Assembly: GCA_051656605.1 (NCBI GenBank)
Contig: JBOGCF010000043.1
Coordinates: forward strand, 8,366 to 72,365
DNA length: 64,000 nucleotides
Source: Tannerellaceae bacterium
GTDB taxonomy: Bacteria > Bacteroidota > Bacteroidia > Bacteroidales > CAMTPD01
Direction of reading: 5' to 3'
Below are positions 18,583 through 31,898 of this stretch, one piece after another. The number at the start of each line of letters is the position of its first letter. The first letter of the stretch is position 1. A program made the translations under genes and the position numbers. The notes below the pieces were generated by a model. That model was not told the origin of the DNA. It saw only the letters and a list, made by a program, of their open reading frames with translations, and did no database searches.

Positions 18583-20916
18583 TTACCTTACATTAAATTT
18601 GGCATTGTCCTCATCACTGTTTTCTATCGTTTTCTCCATGTAGCGCCCCTGCTTTCCGGCTTTGAAATTCCACGTAATGCTCATGCCAAAGGTATGATCT
18701 TTGCGTTTGAAATGCTTGGCTACCACATGCTCTATATTACTTTGAGGAATGGTCTTGTTGCTAACTTTGTCCTTGATAAAAGGAAACAAGCACATCACGC
18801 CCACCTGCATCTGCTTGTAACGATAGCTTAAGTTTACATACGAAGCCTTCTCGATACCCGTCAAGTACAAACCCTCTACATAGCTTCCGCCTAGCATTTG
18901 AAAGTAATCGAGTCTGAAGTTCTTATGGTTCAGAGATACATTGATGGTAGCCGGATACGACCAGTAGCGATATACATCAGCAGTTTCGGTAGGAGCAAAT
19001 ACTTGTTGCATCGCCGATACCGTACCACCAATTGTAATAAAGCTGAATGGAGAATACCTAAAGTTTACACGAGCACCACGGCTAATGTCCTTCTTGGCAT
19101 TGTCGGTTCTGATCAAGATATAGTCATCAACATAGTTAAAGCCATCGTATAGCGTATTTTTATTGTAGTTGTAAAAAACATCTGTCTGCAAATAAATCGT
19201 ACCTTCTGCATAATTATAAGATAAGTTCCAATCGTATCGGGTACTGTTTTTAAGATTCGGATTGCCGGTCTTGAAGAAATTATCCATAACAAGAATCCTG
19301 GCTTCCGACATCTGCAAACTATTCGGCATCAATGTGGAAGTCTTAAAACTTAAACGCAGGTTGTTTTGAGCATTTAGTTTATATCCTACCATCATAATAG
19401 GTGTAAACGTTACGTGTTTAAAACCATCTTCGCCCAACTTTACATCGTAGTTGCCACCTACGCTAGCACGATACATAAATGCATTAGCGCGCCCGGCTAC
19501 CTCTCCGTAGAAATAATGCTTTTGCGTGTTGATATGCTCTTTTGTTTCATTCTCCGACAGAGAATTGTAGATGCGGTTGGTCAGGAAATTAAAAGCCCCT
19601 TTATAACCTCCGGTCACACTCACATTGCCAACCTTCTGATTATACACTACCTCGCCAATCACAGATTTCTTGGTATTGTTAAGGTTCAAGTGATCATCAA
19701 AACCATTGGCTCCACTTTCATACGAATAAGCATTCTGCTTGTTGTCAAAAAGCGTACCCACCACATCTATGGCAAGCGAATTTTGATGCTTCAGGTACTT
19801 CACAAAATAAGCATCAATCGTAGGAGAAAATGTACGCACTTTGTCGCTCAGCGCACCGGTACGATTCTCCTCCGTTTCATCCATCGACAATAATATAGAT
19901 CGGTCGGCATTGTAACGATCCAGCGCAAAACCGGTGGTAGCCTTTAGTTGCAAATCATAATTATCAGCCTTGTTGCGAGCATAAGTGAGACCTGCCGAGT
20001 TCTGATTTCCCCAAAACTTACTAAGCTCTTCGTACGAATAATTATAATCAACACCGTTGAGTTGGTACTTGTAAAAACCATTCTCCGTATTGGCAACATC
20101 ACGCTTATTATTCACGTGCAAATTGTATGCGAAAGACAGTTTATTGCTTCCGTTTATGTACGATATCGCAGCAGATCCGCCCGAATACATCATGCCACCT
20201 ACGGCATAGAAGTCACCATTCCAACCCGAGTCTAGAGGCTTTGTAAGAATATTCACCACCACTTCGGCATTGTTCATATATCGGATAGGAGGCACATCGT
20301 AATACTCCACCTTTAGTATCTTATCCGGAGCAATCAGTTTGAGGTCGGCATCCGTAGCCTTGATCCCGTTAATCAAGATCAAGATCGATTTACCATCTAC
20401 CGTAGCCAAGCTATTGCCGATATGATTGATGCGTAGATTGGGTAAGGTAGAGACAAGTTCACGTCCTTCATACGCCTTCTTAATCTCATCGGTCGAAAAA
20501 GTAAACACCGTTTTGTCGATACTTTGCGAACTACGATTTCCCTTTATTACCACCTCGTTCAGAGCTATTTGATCTTGCTCGAGCAAGACATCCTGTACCA
20601 GTTGAGTCGTTTTCGAATCAGTAAGATCAAGCACATGACTCACCGTTTTATATCCTACAAACGAAGCCTTCAGTATGTATCGCTCACCCGCAAGGGCTTT
20701 AAACGTATATCCACCGTTCAGGTCCGATATTTCACCGGCTACAAACGACGTCGTATCGTTGGCTAGTACAAGCGCTAAATTGGCAAAAGGAATGGGCTCG
20801 GATTCATTCTGAGTAATAACTTCAAACACTTTGCCCGATATCGACTTCGACTGGCCAAGGAAAAGAGATGGTGAGCAAAAAAGCAAGAAGGCAATAAGCT
20901 TGTTCTTCATGGTCAT
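18583..20916 (-). CDS. outer-membrane beta-barrel protein of the TonB-dependent-receptor-like family (N-terminal CarboxypepD_reg-like domain)
   Basis: Signal peptide, ISGKVFE...PIPFANLAL carboxypeptidase-regulatory-like fold, a long Y/N/G-rich beta-strand region, and a C-terminal ...AKFNVR. Confidence 0.7.
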   Translation of the reverse strand: MTMKNKLIAFLLFCSPSLFLGQSKSISGKVFEVITQNESEPIPFANLALVLANDTTSFVAGEISDLNGGYTFKALAGERYILKASFVGYKTVSHVLDLTDSKTTQLVQDVLLEQDQIALNEVVIKGNRSSQSIDKTVFTFSTDEIKKAYEGRELVSTLPNLRINHIGNSLATVDGKSILILINGIKATDADLKLIAPDKILKVEYYDVPPIRYMNNAEVVVNILTKPLDSGWNGDFYAVGGMMYSGGSAAISYINGSNKLSFAYNLHVNNKRDVANTENGFYKYQLNGVDYNYSYEELSKFWGNQNSAGLTYARNKADNYDLQLKATTGFALDRYNADRSILLSMDETEENRTGALSDKVRTFSPTIDAYFVKYLKHQNSLAIDVVGTLFDNKQNAYSYESGANGFDDHLNLNNTKKSVIGEVVYNQKVGNVSVTGGYKGAFNFLTNRIYNSLSENETKEHINTQKHYFYGEVAGRANAFMYRASVGGNYDVKLGEDGFKHVTFTPIMMVGYKLNAQNNLRLSFKTSTLMPNSLQMSEARILVMDNFFKTGNPNLKNSTRYDWNLSYNYAEGTIYLQTDVFYNYNKNTLYDGFNYVDDYILIRTDNAKKDISRGARVNFRYSPFSFITIGGTVSAMQQVFAPTETADVYRYWSYPATINVSLNHKNFRLDYFQMLGGSYVEGLYLTGIEKASYVNLSYRYKQMQVGVMCLFPFIKDKVSNKTIPQSNIEHVVAKHFKRKDHTFGMSITWNFKAGKQGRYMEKTIENSDEDNAKFNVR

Positions 20917-21141
20917 ACAAAATAAGTTTAATAATGTCTTTATACAACGAATGTATTTGATGCTATCTGTAATAGTTTAGGGTGTGATAATATCAAATGG
21001 TAATCTAAAGAAGCTGTAAATTTTTAAAAAAATATAATTATAAAAGTGGTTCTTAAGTCAATTGTTATACTACTGATGGGTTGTTGCTTCTGATGAAAGG
21101 GTATTATTATGGGCAATTTATCTAGCTTTGTAGGCTATAAT

Positions 21142-21224
21142 AAAAAAACTCCCACCGAGTAGGCGGGAGTATAGGCAAATTACCTTCGGCATATAGCCTT
21201 ATTGTGGTAAGATGTAACTGATGC
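21142..21224 (-). ncRNA. candidate tracrRNA of the type II-C locus
   Basis: The minus-strand anti-repeat (plus 21201-21219) pairs 17/19 with the first 19 nt of the CRISPR repeat. It is followed by AAGGCUAUAUGCC (nexus-like), an 8-bp GC hairpin (21149-21169) and U7 (21142-21148). A TATGTTTG box sits at 21231-21224 on the minus strand. Confidence 0.6.
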
Positions 21225-21303
21225 AAACATACATATAATTTTTGTACTTGCAATAAATAGATTAATTTTTTTATATCTTTCGCAAAATATAAAATTGTAT
21301 AGT

Positions 21304-24300
21304 ATGGACGTTTTAGGTTTAGACTTAGGAACCAATAGCATAGGATGGGCTTTGGTCGATTCTGCAAATGAAATTATTCGTCATCAGGGTGTACGTATTT
21401 TTCAAGAAGGCGTAGGACGGGAAAAAGGAAATGAAGTATCATTGGCTGCACAGCGCACAGAGTATCGAGCACGTCGTCGCATGTTGTTTCGAAGAAGACT
21501 GCGTAAGATTGAAACATTAAAAGTTTTAGTGGAATTGCAGCTCTGTCCGCCATTAACAGATCATCAACTGTCGCAATGGAAGCTAAAGAAGATCTATCCT
21601 CAATCAGAGGCATTTCGAAATTGGTGGCTTACAAATGAGCAAGAGGGAAAGAATCCTTATGCCGATCGTTACCGTTGTGTAACACAAAAGCTTGATTTAA
21701 CGAAAGAACAAGATCGTTATACGTTAGGTCGTGCATTATATCACTTGTCTCAGCGTAGAGGCTTTTTGAGTAATCGTCTCGAGCAAACAAAGGAGAATGA
21801 AGACGGAAAAGTGAAAAGTGCGATTAATGAATTGTCTAAGCAAATAGAAGAGTCTGGTTGTCAGTATTTAGGAGAATATTTCTATACCATATATGGAAAG
21901 CAAAAAATCAGGAAGCATTATACTTCACGTCTCGAACATTATCAGAAAGAATTCCAAGGCATCAGTGAAAAACAAGAATTGCCGGAAGAGTGGGGATACT
22001 TGTTGCGTCGAGCTATTTTCTATCAGCGCCCACTAAAGTCACAAAAAGGATCTGTTGCGAAATGCAAGTTTGAACCGGCCAAACCTTGTGCACCAATCTC
22101 GCATCCATTATTCGAAGAGTATAGAATGTGGGCATTTATTCAAAATATAAAGATCAAGTCAGAAAACGATGAGCAGCTACGCGATCTCACAAAAGAAGAA
22201 GTAAAACTGATAATACCTCTTTTTTATCGCGTAAAGGAATACTTCGATTTTGAAGATATCGCAAAGAAACTTGCCGGAAAGAAAACAATCGGACATTATA
22301 AAAATGCACAAGACAGAGCAATAAAACAAGTGTTATTCAACTATGAGCTAGATACAACAGTGACAGCTTGTACCACTTGTGCGAAATTGAAAAATGTATT
22401 TGGAGAGAATTGGAAAGAAGAATTAGTAAATCGATATACTGATAAAACAACAAAACTTGGTCGAAAAACGGAAGCCGATATTATTCAAGATGTTTGGCAT
22501 GTGTTATTTACGTTCGACAGTGAAGTGAAGTTGCGCGAGTTTGCACAAGTTAAGTTAGGTGTAAGTGAAGAAACGGCAGACAGGTTTGCTCGTATCTCCT
22601 TAAAGCAAGGTTATGCGTCATTAAGTCTCAAAGCTATTAAGAAAATAAGCTATTGGCTCCAAAGAGGTTTGACTTATGCTCATTCAGTCTTTATGGCCAA
22701 TATTCCATATATTTTACCACAAGAGATATGGGCAGAAGTGTCTAATCAGGAGCTGATTGTTTCAGAAATAAAAGGATTGATTGATTCATATACCACAACA
22801 AAGAAGCAATTTGAAATCATCAATTCGATTGTTAAATCATCAAGAGACTCAAATAGCACATGGGGAGACTCAGACCTATTAGCTGCCGAATATAGAAAAG
22901 ATGTAGAAAATAAGCTCTCTCAACTTTATGGTAAATCAGAATGGTTGTCAAAGTCTCAGCAAGAACGAGATCAAGAGGTAGATAGGCTTTTTGTTATACT
23001 CGAGCAACAGATGGTAAAGAATGGCGGAAAAGGAGACTTTATAAAAATACCGACACTTAAAGAAGAGATTATACGTTTTCTTTCAGATCAATTCGATTTG
23101 TCTGATCAGTCGCTTGCAAAACTTTATCATCCATCCGAAGTTACACCATTTGCACCTGCACGTAAAAATGAAGACGGTATTTATCAATTAGGCTCACCTC
23201 GTATTTCATCGGTAAAGAATCCGGTAGTAATGCGTGCCATGTTTCAGTTACGTAAGTTAATCAATGAACTATTGGCACAGCATATAATTACAGAGCTTAC
23301 ACCGATTCGTGTCGAAATGGCTCGCGAACTAAACGATGCCAATAAACGGCGCGCCATAAAATTGTATCAAGACGGTCGACAAAAGAAAAGAGAGTCCTAT
23401 AAGAAAGAGATTATTGACTTATTCAAGGCACAAGGTAAGACTTACGAGCCTAATGATGAAGATATCTTAAAGTATGAGCTTTGGTTAGAACAAAATAAGC
23501 AATGTCTTTATACCGGGGATACAATCTGTATTTGTGACTTTGTAGGGGCAGACCCTAAATATGATATTGAACATACCATACCACAAAGTGTGTCGTTTGA
23601 TAATTCGAGAGTAAATAAGACTATTTGTGAAAATAAATTTAATAGAGAAACCAAGAATAATAGACTTCCTTCGCAGCTAGCCAATCATGATGCAATATTG
23701 ATTCGAGTATCTCATTGGGACGATCAAATTGATGCAATAAAAAAGAATATTAAGAAAGCAGATTACAGAGTAAAAGGTGCAACCACAAAAGAGGCGAAAG
23801 ACAATGCTATTGTAGCCCGTCATCTGCTGAAAATAGATCTAGATTATTGGACAAGAAAATACAATACTTTTGTCATTAAAGAAGTCAAAGACGGATTCAA
23901 AAATAGTCAGTTGGTCGATACCGGAAGCATTACTCGCTATACGCTCTTTTATTTAAAATCATTGTTTAAGAGAGTTGATGTGTTAAAAGGTTCAGCTACG
24001 GCCGACTTACGCAAACTTTGGGGTATACAAGATGAGTTTGAAGTAAAATCAAGAGAAACACATCTTCACCATGCAGTTGATGCTATAGTGCTGGCAAGTG
24101 TGCCACGCAATATCTCCGATCTGCTGCAACAATACTATCTTGACAAAGAGCGAGAACACGGCGTTCGTAAGTCATTCCGAAAACCATGGAATACGTTTGT
24201 TGAAGATATTAAAACATCGCAAGCAGATATCCTTGTAGATCACGTAAATCGTGACAACTTACTGAAAACAACAAAGAAGAAATTGCGAAAAAGAGGAGCA

Positions 24301-25200
24301 ATCCTTCGCAATCAAGAGGGTGATGCTAAAATAACCCAAGGCCACTCTGCTCGAGGAGCTTTGCATCAAGAAAGTTTCTATGGAGCGGTAATGCAAGAAG
24401 GCAACAAAGTCTTTGTAAAACGTCGTTTCTTAAGTGATTTAAAAGAAGCAGATATTAAGAATATCATAGATCCGGTTGTACAAAAGAAAGTGCAAGCAGC
24501 TGTTGATGAGAAAGGAATGAAAGTTTTGAAGGAAACAGTCTGGATGCATGAAGAAAAGCGAATTCCAATTGTGAAAGTTCGCTGTAAAACAACTAAGAAG
24601 CCGATTGTAATAAAAAAACATCGAGACTTATCTTCTTTCGAAAATAAGCAATTTGTATATGTTGCAAATGATTCAAATCATAAGATGTATATTTTTGAAG
24701 ACTTTACAGACGATAATTCTAGAAAGAAACCGAAACGAGGATTTGCATTGCTGAGTAATTATAATTCGATTCAGCTACGAGGAGTAGTTCAAGCAGATAT
24801 TATAAAACAGCTTAAAATAGATTATAATGTACCTGTACACTTTGGATTAAAGCAAGAGCTGGTAGCTGGAAGTAAGATTTTGCTTTGGGAGGAAGTGCCA
24901 GAAGAGTTATTTGATTGTAAACCAAATGAGTTGCAAGAACGTTATTATATAATTACGGGACTTTCAATTGATGCGAAAAAGAATAAAAAGACTGATAAAG
25001 AATATTTATTTGCAACAATTGTATTGAGGCATGCCATTGAAGCGAGACCCTCTACTGCCTTAAAAGTACAAGATGGAGCATTTTTTGTAGGAGAAGATTA
25101 TAAACCATTACGTAAGTTAAACCATAATCAATTCAATGCATTAGTGGAGGGTATTGATTTTAAATTTAATATTCTGGGAGGCATTGAAAAGATTGAATAA
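21304..25200 (+). CDS. cas9: Cas9 (type II-C)
   Basis: RuvC-I MDVLGLDLGTNSIGWA (Asp codon 21322-21324), Arg-rich bridge helix RTEYRARRRMLFRRRLRK, HNH YDIEHTIPQS...NKTICENKFN (His codon 23572-23574) and RuvC-III THLHHAVDAIVLA. The track ORF starts at a TTG (21295), so ATG 21304 is preferred. Confidence 0.97.
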   Translation: MDVLGLDLGTNSIGWALVDSANEIIRHQGVRIFQEGVGREKGNEVSLAAQRTEYRARRRMLFRRRLRKIETLKVLVELQLCPPLTDHQLSQWKLKKIYPQSEAFRNWWLTNEQEGKNPYADRYRCVTQKLDLTKEQDRYTLGRALYHLSQRRGFLSNRLEQTKENEDGKVKSAINELSKQIEESGCQYLGEYFYTIYGKQKIRKHYTSRLEHYQKEFQGISEKQELPEEWGYLLRRAIFYQRPLKSQKGSVAKCKFEPAKPCAPISHPLFEEYRMWAFIQNIKIKSENDEQLRDLTKEEVKLIIPLFYRVKEYFDFEDIAKKLAGKKTIGHYKNAQDRAIKQVLFNYELDTTVTACTTCAKLKNVFGENWKEELVNRYTDKTTKLGRKTEADIIQDVWHVLFTFDSEVKLREFAQVKLGVSEETADRFARISLKQGYASLSLKAIKKISYWLQRGLTYAHSVFMANIPYILPQEIWAEVSNQELIVSEIKGLIDSYTTTKKQFEIINSIVKSSRDSNSTWGDSDLLAAEYRKDVENKLSQLYGKSEWLSKSQQERDQEVDRLFVILEQQMVKNGGKGDFIKIPTLKEEIIRFLSDQFDLSDQSLAKLYHPSEVTPFAPARKNEDGIYQLGSPRISSVKNPVVMRAMFQLRKLINELLAQHIITELTPIRVEMARELNDANKRRAIKLYQDGRQKKRESYKKEIIDLFKAQGKTYEPNDEDILKYELWLEQNKQCLYTGDTICICDFVGADPKYDIEHTIPQSVSFDNSRVNKTICENKFNRETKNNRLPSQLANHDAILIRVSHWDDQIDAIKKNIKKADYRVKGATTKEAKDNAIVARHLLKIDLDYWTRKYNTFVIKEVKDGFKNSQLVDTGSITRYTLFYLKSLFKRVDVLKGSATADLRKLWGIQDEFEVKSRETHLHHAVDAIVLASVPRNISDLLQQYYLDKEREHGVRKSFRKPWNTFVEDIKTSQADILVDHVNRDNLLKTTKKKLRKRGAILRNQEGDAKITQGHSARGALHQESFYGAVMQEGNKVFVKRRFLSDLKEADIKNIIDPVVQKKVQAAVDEKGMKVLKETVWMHEEKRIPIVKVRCKTTKKPIVIKKHRDLSSFENKQFVYVANDSNHKMYIFEDFTDDNSRKKPKRGFALLSNYNSIQLRGVVQADIIKQLKIDYNVPVHFGLKQELVAGSKILLWEEVPEELFDCKPNELQERYYIITGLSIDAKKNKKTDKEYLFATIVLRHAIEARPSTALKVQDGAFFVGEDYKPLRKLNHNQFNALVEGIDFKFNILGGIEKIE

Positions 25201-25212
25201 ATATCTTTCTAT

Positions 25213-26097
25213 ATGCTGAAACGATCATTATTTTTTGAGAAACCATGTCGGTTATCGATGCGAAATCAACAACTGATCATAAACCTGACGGGTAGCGAAA
25301 CCCGTCAGGTTCCAATAGAAGATATCGGATTTATTGTAATAGAGAATCAGCAAATCTCCGTTACAATACCCTGTATGAATGCATTAGTTGAGAATAACAT
25401 CGCTGTTATATATTGCAACGATAAGCATTTGCCTATATCCATGCTTATGTCACTTGATGGAAATCATGTGCAAGGAGAATTGTTTCGTAAACAAATAGAC
25501 CTTACCGGAACACAGAAGGGTAAATTATGGAAACAAACCATTGAAGCGAAGATTAAGAATCAAATGATTGTTCTTAAAGGGTTAAAATTAGATCATCAGC
25601 AACTTCATCCTATGCTCAAGAACGTAAAAGTAGGGGACTCTGACAATCGAGAAGGTGCGGCAGCAAGACTCTACTGGTCGCAGTTGTTTGGATCTGGATT
25701 TGTTCGAGATCGTTTCGGAGACACGCCAAATGAACTTCTTAATTATGGATATACATTGCTTCGAGCAGCTACAGCTCGAGCATTGATCGGTTCCGGGGTG
25801 TTACCATCTTTAGGTATCTTTCATAAAAATAGATACAATGCTTATCCATTAGCAGACGATATCATGGAGCCTTATCGCCCCTTTGTAGATATGCTTGTTC
25901 ATAAACTCTACAAACAAGAAATGCAATTTGTAACAAAAGAAACAAAAGCCGAACTTATGCACATCTTTACACAAGATGTAAAGTTTAAACGCACATTACG
26001 ACCATTGATGGTTGGATTAACTCAAACAACAGCCTCCTTGGCTCGTTATATAACTGAGAAAGGCACCGAACTAGAATACCCGGAATTAGTGCTATGA
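25213..26097 (+). CDS. cas1: Cas1 (type II)
   Basis: 294 aa. NYGYTLLRAATARALIGSGVLPSLGIFHKNRYNAYPLADDIMEPYRPFVD is the typical Cas1 core. It lies directly after cas9. Confidence 0.95.
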   Translation: MLKRSLFFEKPCRLSMRNQQLIINLTGSETRQVPIEDIGFIVIENQQISVTIPCMNALVENNIAVIYCNDKHLPISMLMSLDGNHVQGELFRKQIDLTGTQKGKLWKQTIEAKIKNQMIVLKGLKLDHQQLHPMLKNVKVGDSDNREGAAARLYWSQLFGSGFVRDRFGDTPNELLNYGYTLLRAATARALIGSGVLPSLGIFHKNRYNAYPLADDIMEPYRPFVDMLVHKLYKQEMQFVTKETKAELMHIFTQDVKFKRTLRPLMVGLTQTTASLARYITEKGTELEYPELVL

Positions 26098-26432
26098 GTG
26101 AGTTAAGATTAAATGCATATCATGTTATGTGGCTATTTGTGTTTTTTGATCTTCCTGTAACAACAAAAAAGGAACGAAAAGTTGCTTCGCAATTTCGTCT
26201 ATTTCTCGAAAAGCAGGGATTTATGATGATGCAGTTCTCTGTCTATATACGTCATTGCGGGAGTAAAGAAGCTGCAGATGTTCATATCCGCAGAGTAAAA
26301 ACAATGATCCCAGTATCAGGCAAAGTCAGTATTCTGATGATTACAGACAAACAGTTTGGTGATATTCTAAACTATGTAGGTCGCAATCCTCAGAAATCCC
26401 TCGAAAAACCAGTTCAACTCGAATTTTTCTAA
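26094..26432 (+). CDS. cas2: Cas2 (type II)
   Basis: 112 aa with a 4-nt overlap with cas1. The N-terminus VMWLFVFFDLPV has the ferredoxin-like Cas2 pattern. Confidence 0.9.
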   Translation: MSELRLNAYHVMWLFVFFDLPVTTKKERKVASQFRLFLEKQGFMMMQFSVYIRHCGSKEAADVHIRRVKTMIPVSGKVSILMITDKQFGDILNYVGRNPQKSLEKPVQLEFF

Positions 26433-26544
26433 TATTTTTGTTCGGAAATTACATCAAAAAGCTTCCTTTTAGGCTATAAAAGCAAAATAGAGTCTCGTTA
26501 AAATGGCTGTAAGTGCTTGTTTTATATGTAAATAAGACCTATAG
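26433..26544 (+). promoter_or_regulatory. leader of the type II-C CRISPR array
   Basis: AT-rich 112 bp between the cas2 stop and the first repeat. The degenerate repeat is at the opposite end of the array. Confidence 0.55.
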
Positions 26545-30072
<3,528 letters not shown>

Positions 30073-30073
<1 letters not shown>

Positions 30074-30103
30074 TCGAGGGGTAGAAAAACTCTATCCCTC
30101 GAA
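30073..30103. terminator. hairpin at the distal end of the II-C array (shared with the convergent minus-strand genes)
   Basis: 13-bp stem TTCGAGGGGTAGA / TCTATCCCTCGAA (one mismatch) with a 5-nt loop. Confidence 0.5.
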
Positions 30104-30205
30104 ATTGTAGTTTAATGCAATGTGCTTAAATGATTCCTTATCTTTGTTGTTGCTTATACCGCAAAGGTGTAGTTTGAAAGCAATTCACAAAGAATCAGTG
30201 ATAAT

Positions 30206-30874
30206 CTAGGACTTGCTTGTCAGGCTGTTTTTTAGATTTTCCCAATCACTTTTTGGTTCGTGTACTTTTTTAATCCTGCTTTTTAGATCGTCTGTCATTG
30301 GCATCATTTCTGCATATACGCTTTCATTTGCGCAATCCCATCCAATAAACGTTTTCATGATGGCAACACCATCTCCGATATTTTTGCCAAATAGAACACC
30401 TTCTTCTGTCACCCCCCGGAGAATCTCTTCATCATCCTTTTTTATGATATCATACATGAAGCAGTTGTTTCTCTGAAAGTAATGACGAATCAGAGCAACG
30501 CCTGTCTTATCCACCTCGGCACGTTGTGCATACCTTTGAAAGAAATGTGGCGGATATATACAAACATGAAAAGTACCTATGGTAGATGCCCCTGCATAGT
30601 AAGCATAGTACCCATCTTGCATATTGGCATAACATACAACAATCAGTAACGGATTCGGACCAATTTGCTTTTTGCTTTCAGCATGAAAAAATAAAAACCA
30701 GTTGTTTCTATACTTAGAAGTATATTCAGCATAGGCTCTCACAGGAAAAACAGAGGCCTTCACAACCCTTCTGTTAAAAGGTTTATGCTTTGTGTAAGAA
30801 AATCTCAGTACGTCATTGTACTCTCTAAAAATCTCGTTATACACCTCCTTGGGTGTCATGTTAAATGTAATCAT
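30206..30874 (-). CDS. hypothetical protein, paralog A of a tandem pair (unknown family)
   Basis: 222 aa, colinear with the 212-aa neighbour. Shared blocks include MIT..MTP.E, VFPVR.Y, W..FF.A.SKK, VCY.NMQ.GY.AY, PPHFF.RYA.RA.V.K.G..LIRH.FQRN and TEEG..FG. Confidence 0.75.
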   Translation of the reverse strand: MITFNMTPKEVYNEIFREYNDVLRFSYTKHKPFNRRVVKASVFPVRAYAEYTSKYRNNWFLFFHAESKKQIGPNPLLIVVCYANMQDGYYAYYAGASTIGTFHVCIYPPHFFQRYAQRAEVDKTGVALIRHYFQRNNCFMYDIIKKDDEEILRGVTEEGVLFGKNIGDGVAIMKTFIGWDCANESVYAEMMPMTDDLKSRIKKVHEPKSDWENLKNSLTSKS

Positions 30875-30936
30875 GGTAAAAGTTGTTTTTAGTTGGGTTT
30901 ATACACCAAAGTTTTTAGTCGCAGGGTAGATGATTT

Positions 30937-31575
30937 TTAGCGATCTCTGGAGAGGATGTCTCGATCGTCACGCTTTACTTCTGCTATTAGTTCCGTCTTG
31001 GGGAAAAATTCGTCGTGTTGATCTTTAAAGGTGTTATCCCAAGCAATAAAGGTCTTTACAATCATAAGACCTTTGCATAATTGTTCGCCAAACATAATCC
31101 CTTCCTCCGTTGTCGCTTTTACATAGCCTACGTTATCTACTACTTCAAAATTTAAAATATAGGTGTAATTCCGCTGAAAAAAATGGCGAATCAGCTCAAT
31201 GCCCGATTTGTTTACGTTGGCTCGTTCTGCATATCGCTTAAAGAAATGAGGAGGAAACATGTAGACAAGCCATAGGTTTCCAAATACTTTTGTTGGAAAA
31301 TAGGCATGATATCCATTTTGCATGTTGACATAGCAGACAAAAGAGGTTAAAGCATTGTTGCCGGTATGTTTTTTACTTCTTGCTTCAAAAAATACAATCC
31401 ATTTATTGTTGCGTTTAGATACGAAGTCAGAATAGATTCTCACGGGAAAGACGGTGGATTTAAGAACTTTTCTTCTGAATGCATTTGCTTTGGTATTGCA
31501 ATAATCAGCGACGAGAGGATGGTCTTTTTTTATCTCCAGAAACATCTCTCTAGGAGTCATACTGTGTGTTATCAT
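30937..31575 (-). CDS. hypothetical protein, paralog B of a tandem pair (unknown family)
   Basis: 212 aa, same-strand tandem duplicate of 30206-30874, separated from it by a 62-nt spacer. Confidence 0.75.
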   Translation of the reverse strand: MITHSMTPREMFLEIKKDHPLVADYCNTKANAFRRKVLKSTVFPVRIYSDFVSKRNNKWIVFFEARSKKHTGNNALTSFVCYVNMQNGYHAYFPTKVFGNLWLVYMFPPHFFKRYAERANVNKSGIELIRHFFQRNYTYILNFEVVDNVGYVKATTEEGIMFGEQLCKGLMIVKTFIAWDNTFKDQHDEFFPKTELIAEVKRDDRDILSRDR

Positions 31576-31802
31576 ATATTAAAAGTTTTTCATGGTGGAG
31601 TCAACGGTTGTTGGAAGACTCCTAATTAGCTGTTAGGTTTAGTAGCCATTTATGATATTAAAAAGCCAATGAATCAATATTTATGGCAATAGTTGGGGTA
31701 AAGATACAATTGTTATATTGTATACGAAGTTTTATTGTGATTAAAATTGATGTTTTTTGTATAAAGTTGTTTCGTAATGCGTGGCAAAGTTTGAAAAACA
31801 AA

Positions 31803-31844
31803 CTGCCGGCACAATCTCTAAATCAATAGAGATTGTGCCGGCAG
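31803..31844 (-). terminator. rho-independent terminator of the 31899-36032 lipoprotein operon
   Basis: 17-bp perfect stem CTGCCGGCACAATCTCT / AGAGATTGTGCCGGCAG. An A-rich run precedes it on the plus strand, which is a U-run on the minus strand. Confidence 0.75.
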
Positions 31845-31898
31845 GGTGGGGGATGAGTGATGATAAATGATAAATAGAGAGGTCTGTTTGATTAATGA

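Noticed and set aside
21122-21367. 81-aa minus-strand ORF upstream of cas9.
   Set aside because: It spans the predicted tracrRNA, its terminator and the cas9 start region. The RNA-gene interpretation explains the sequence better.
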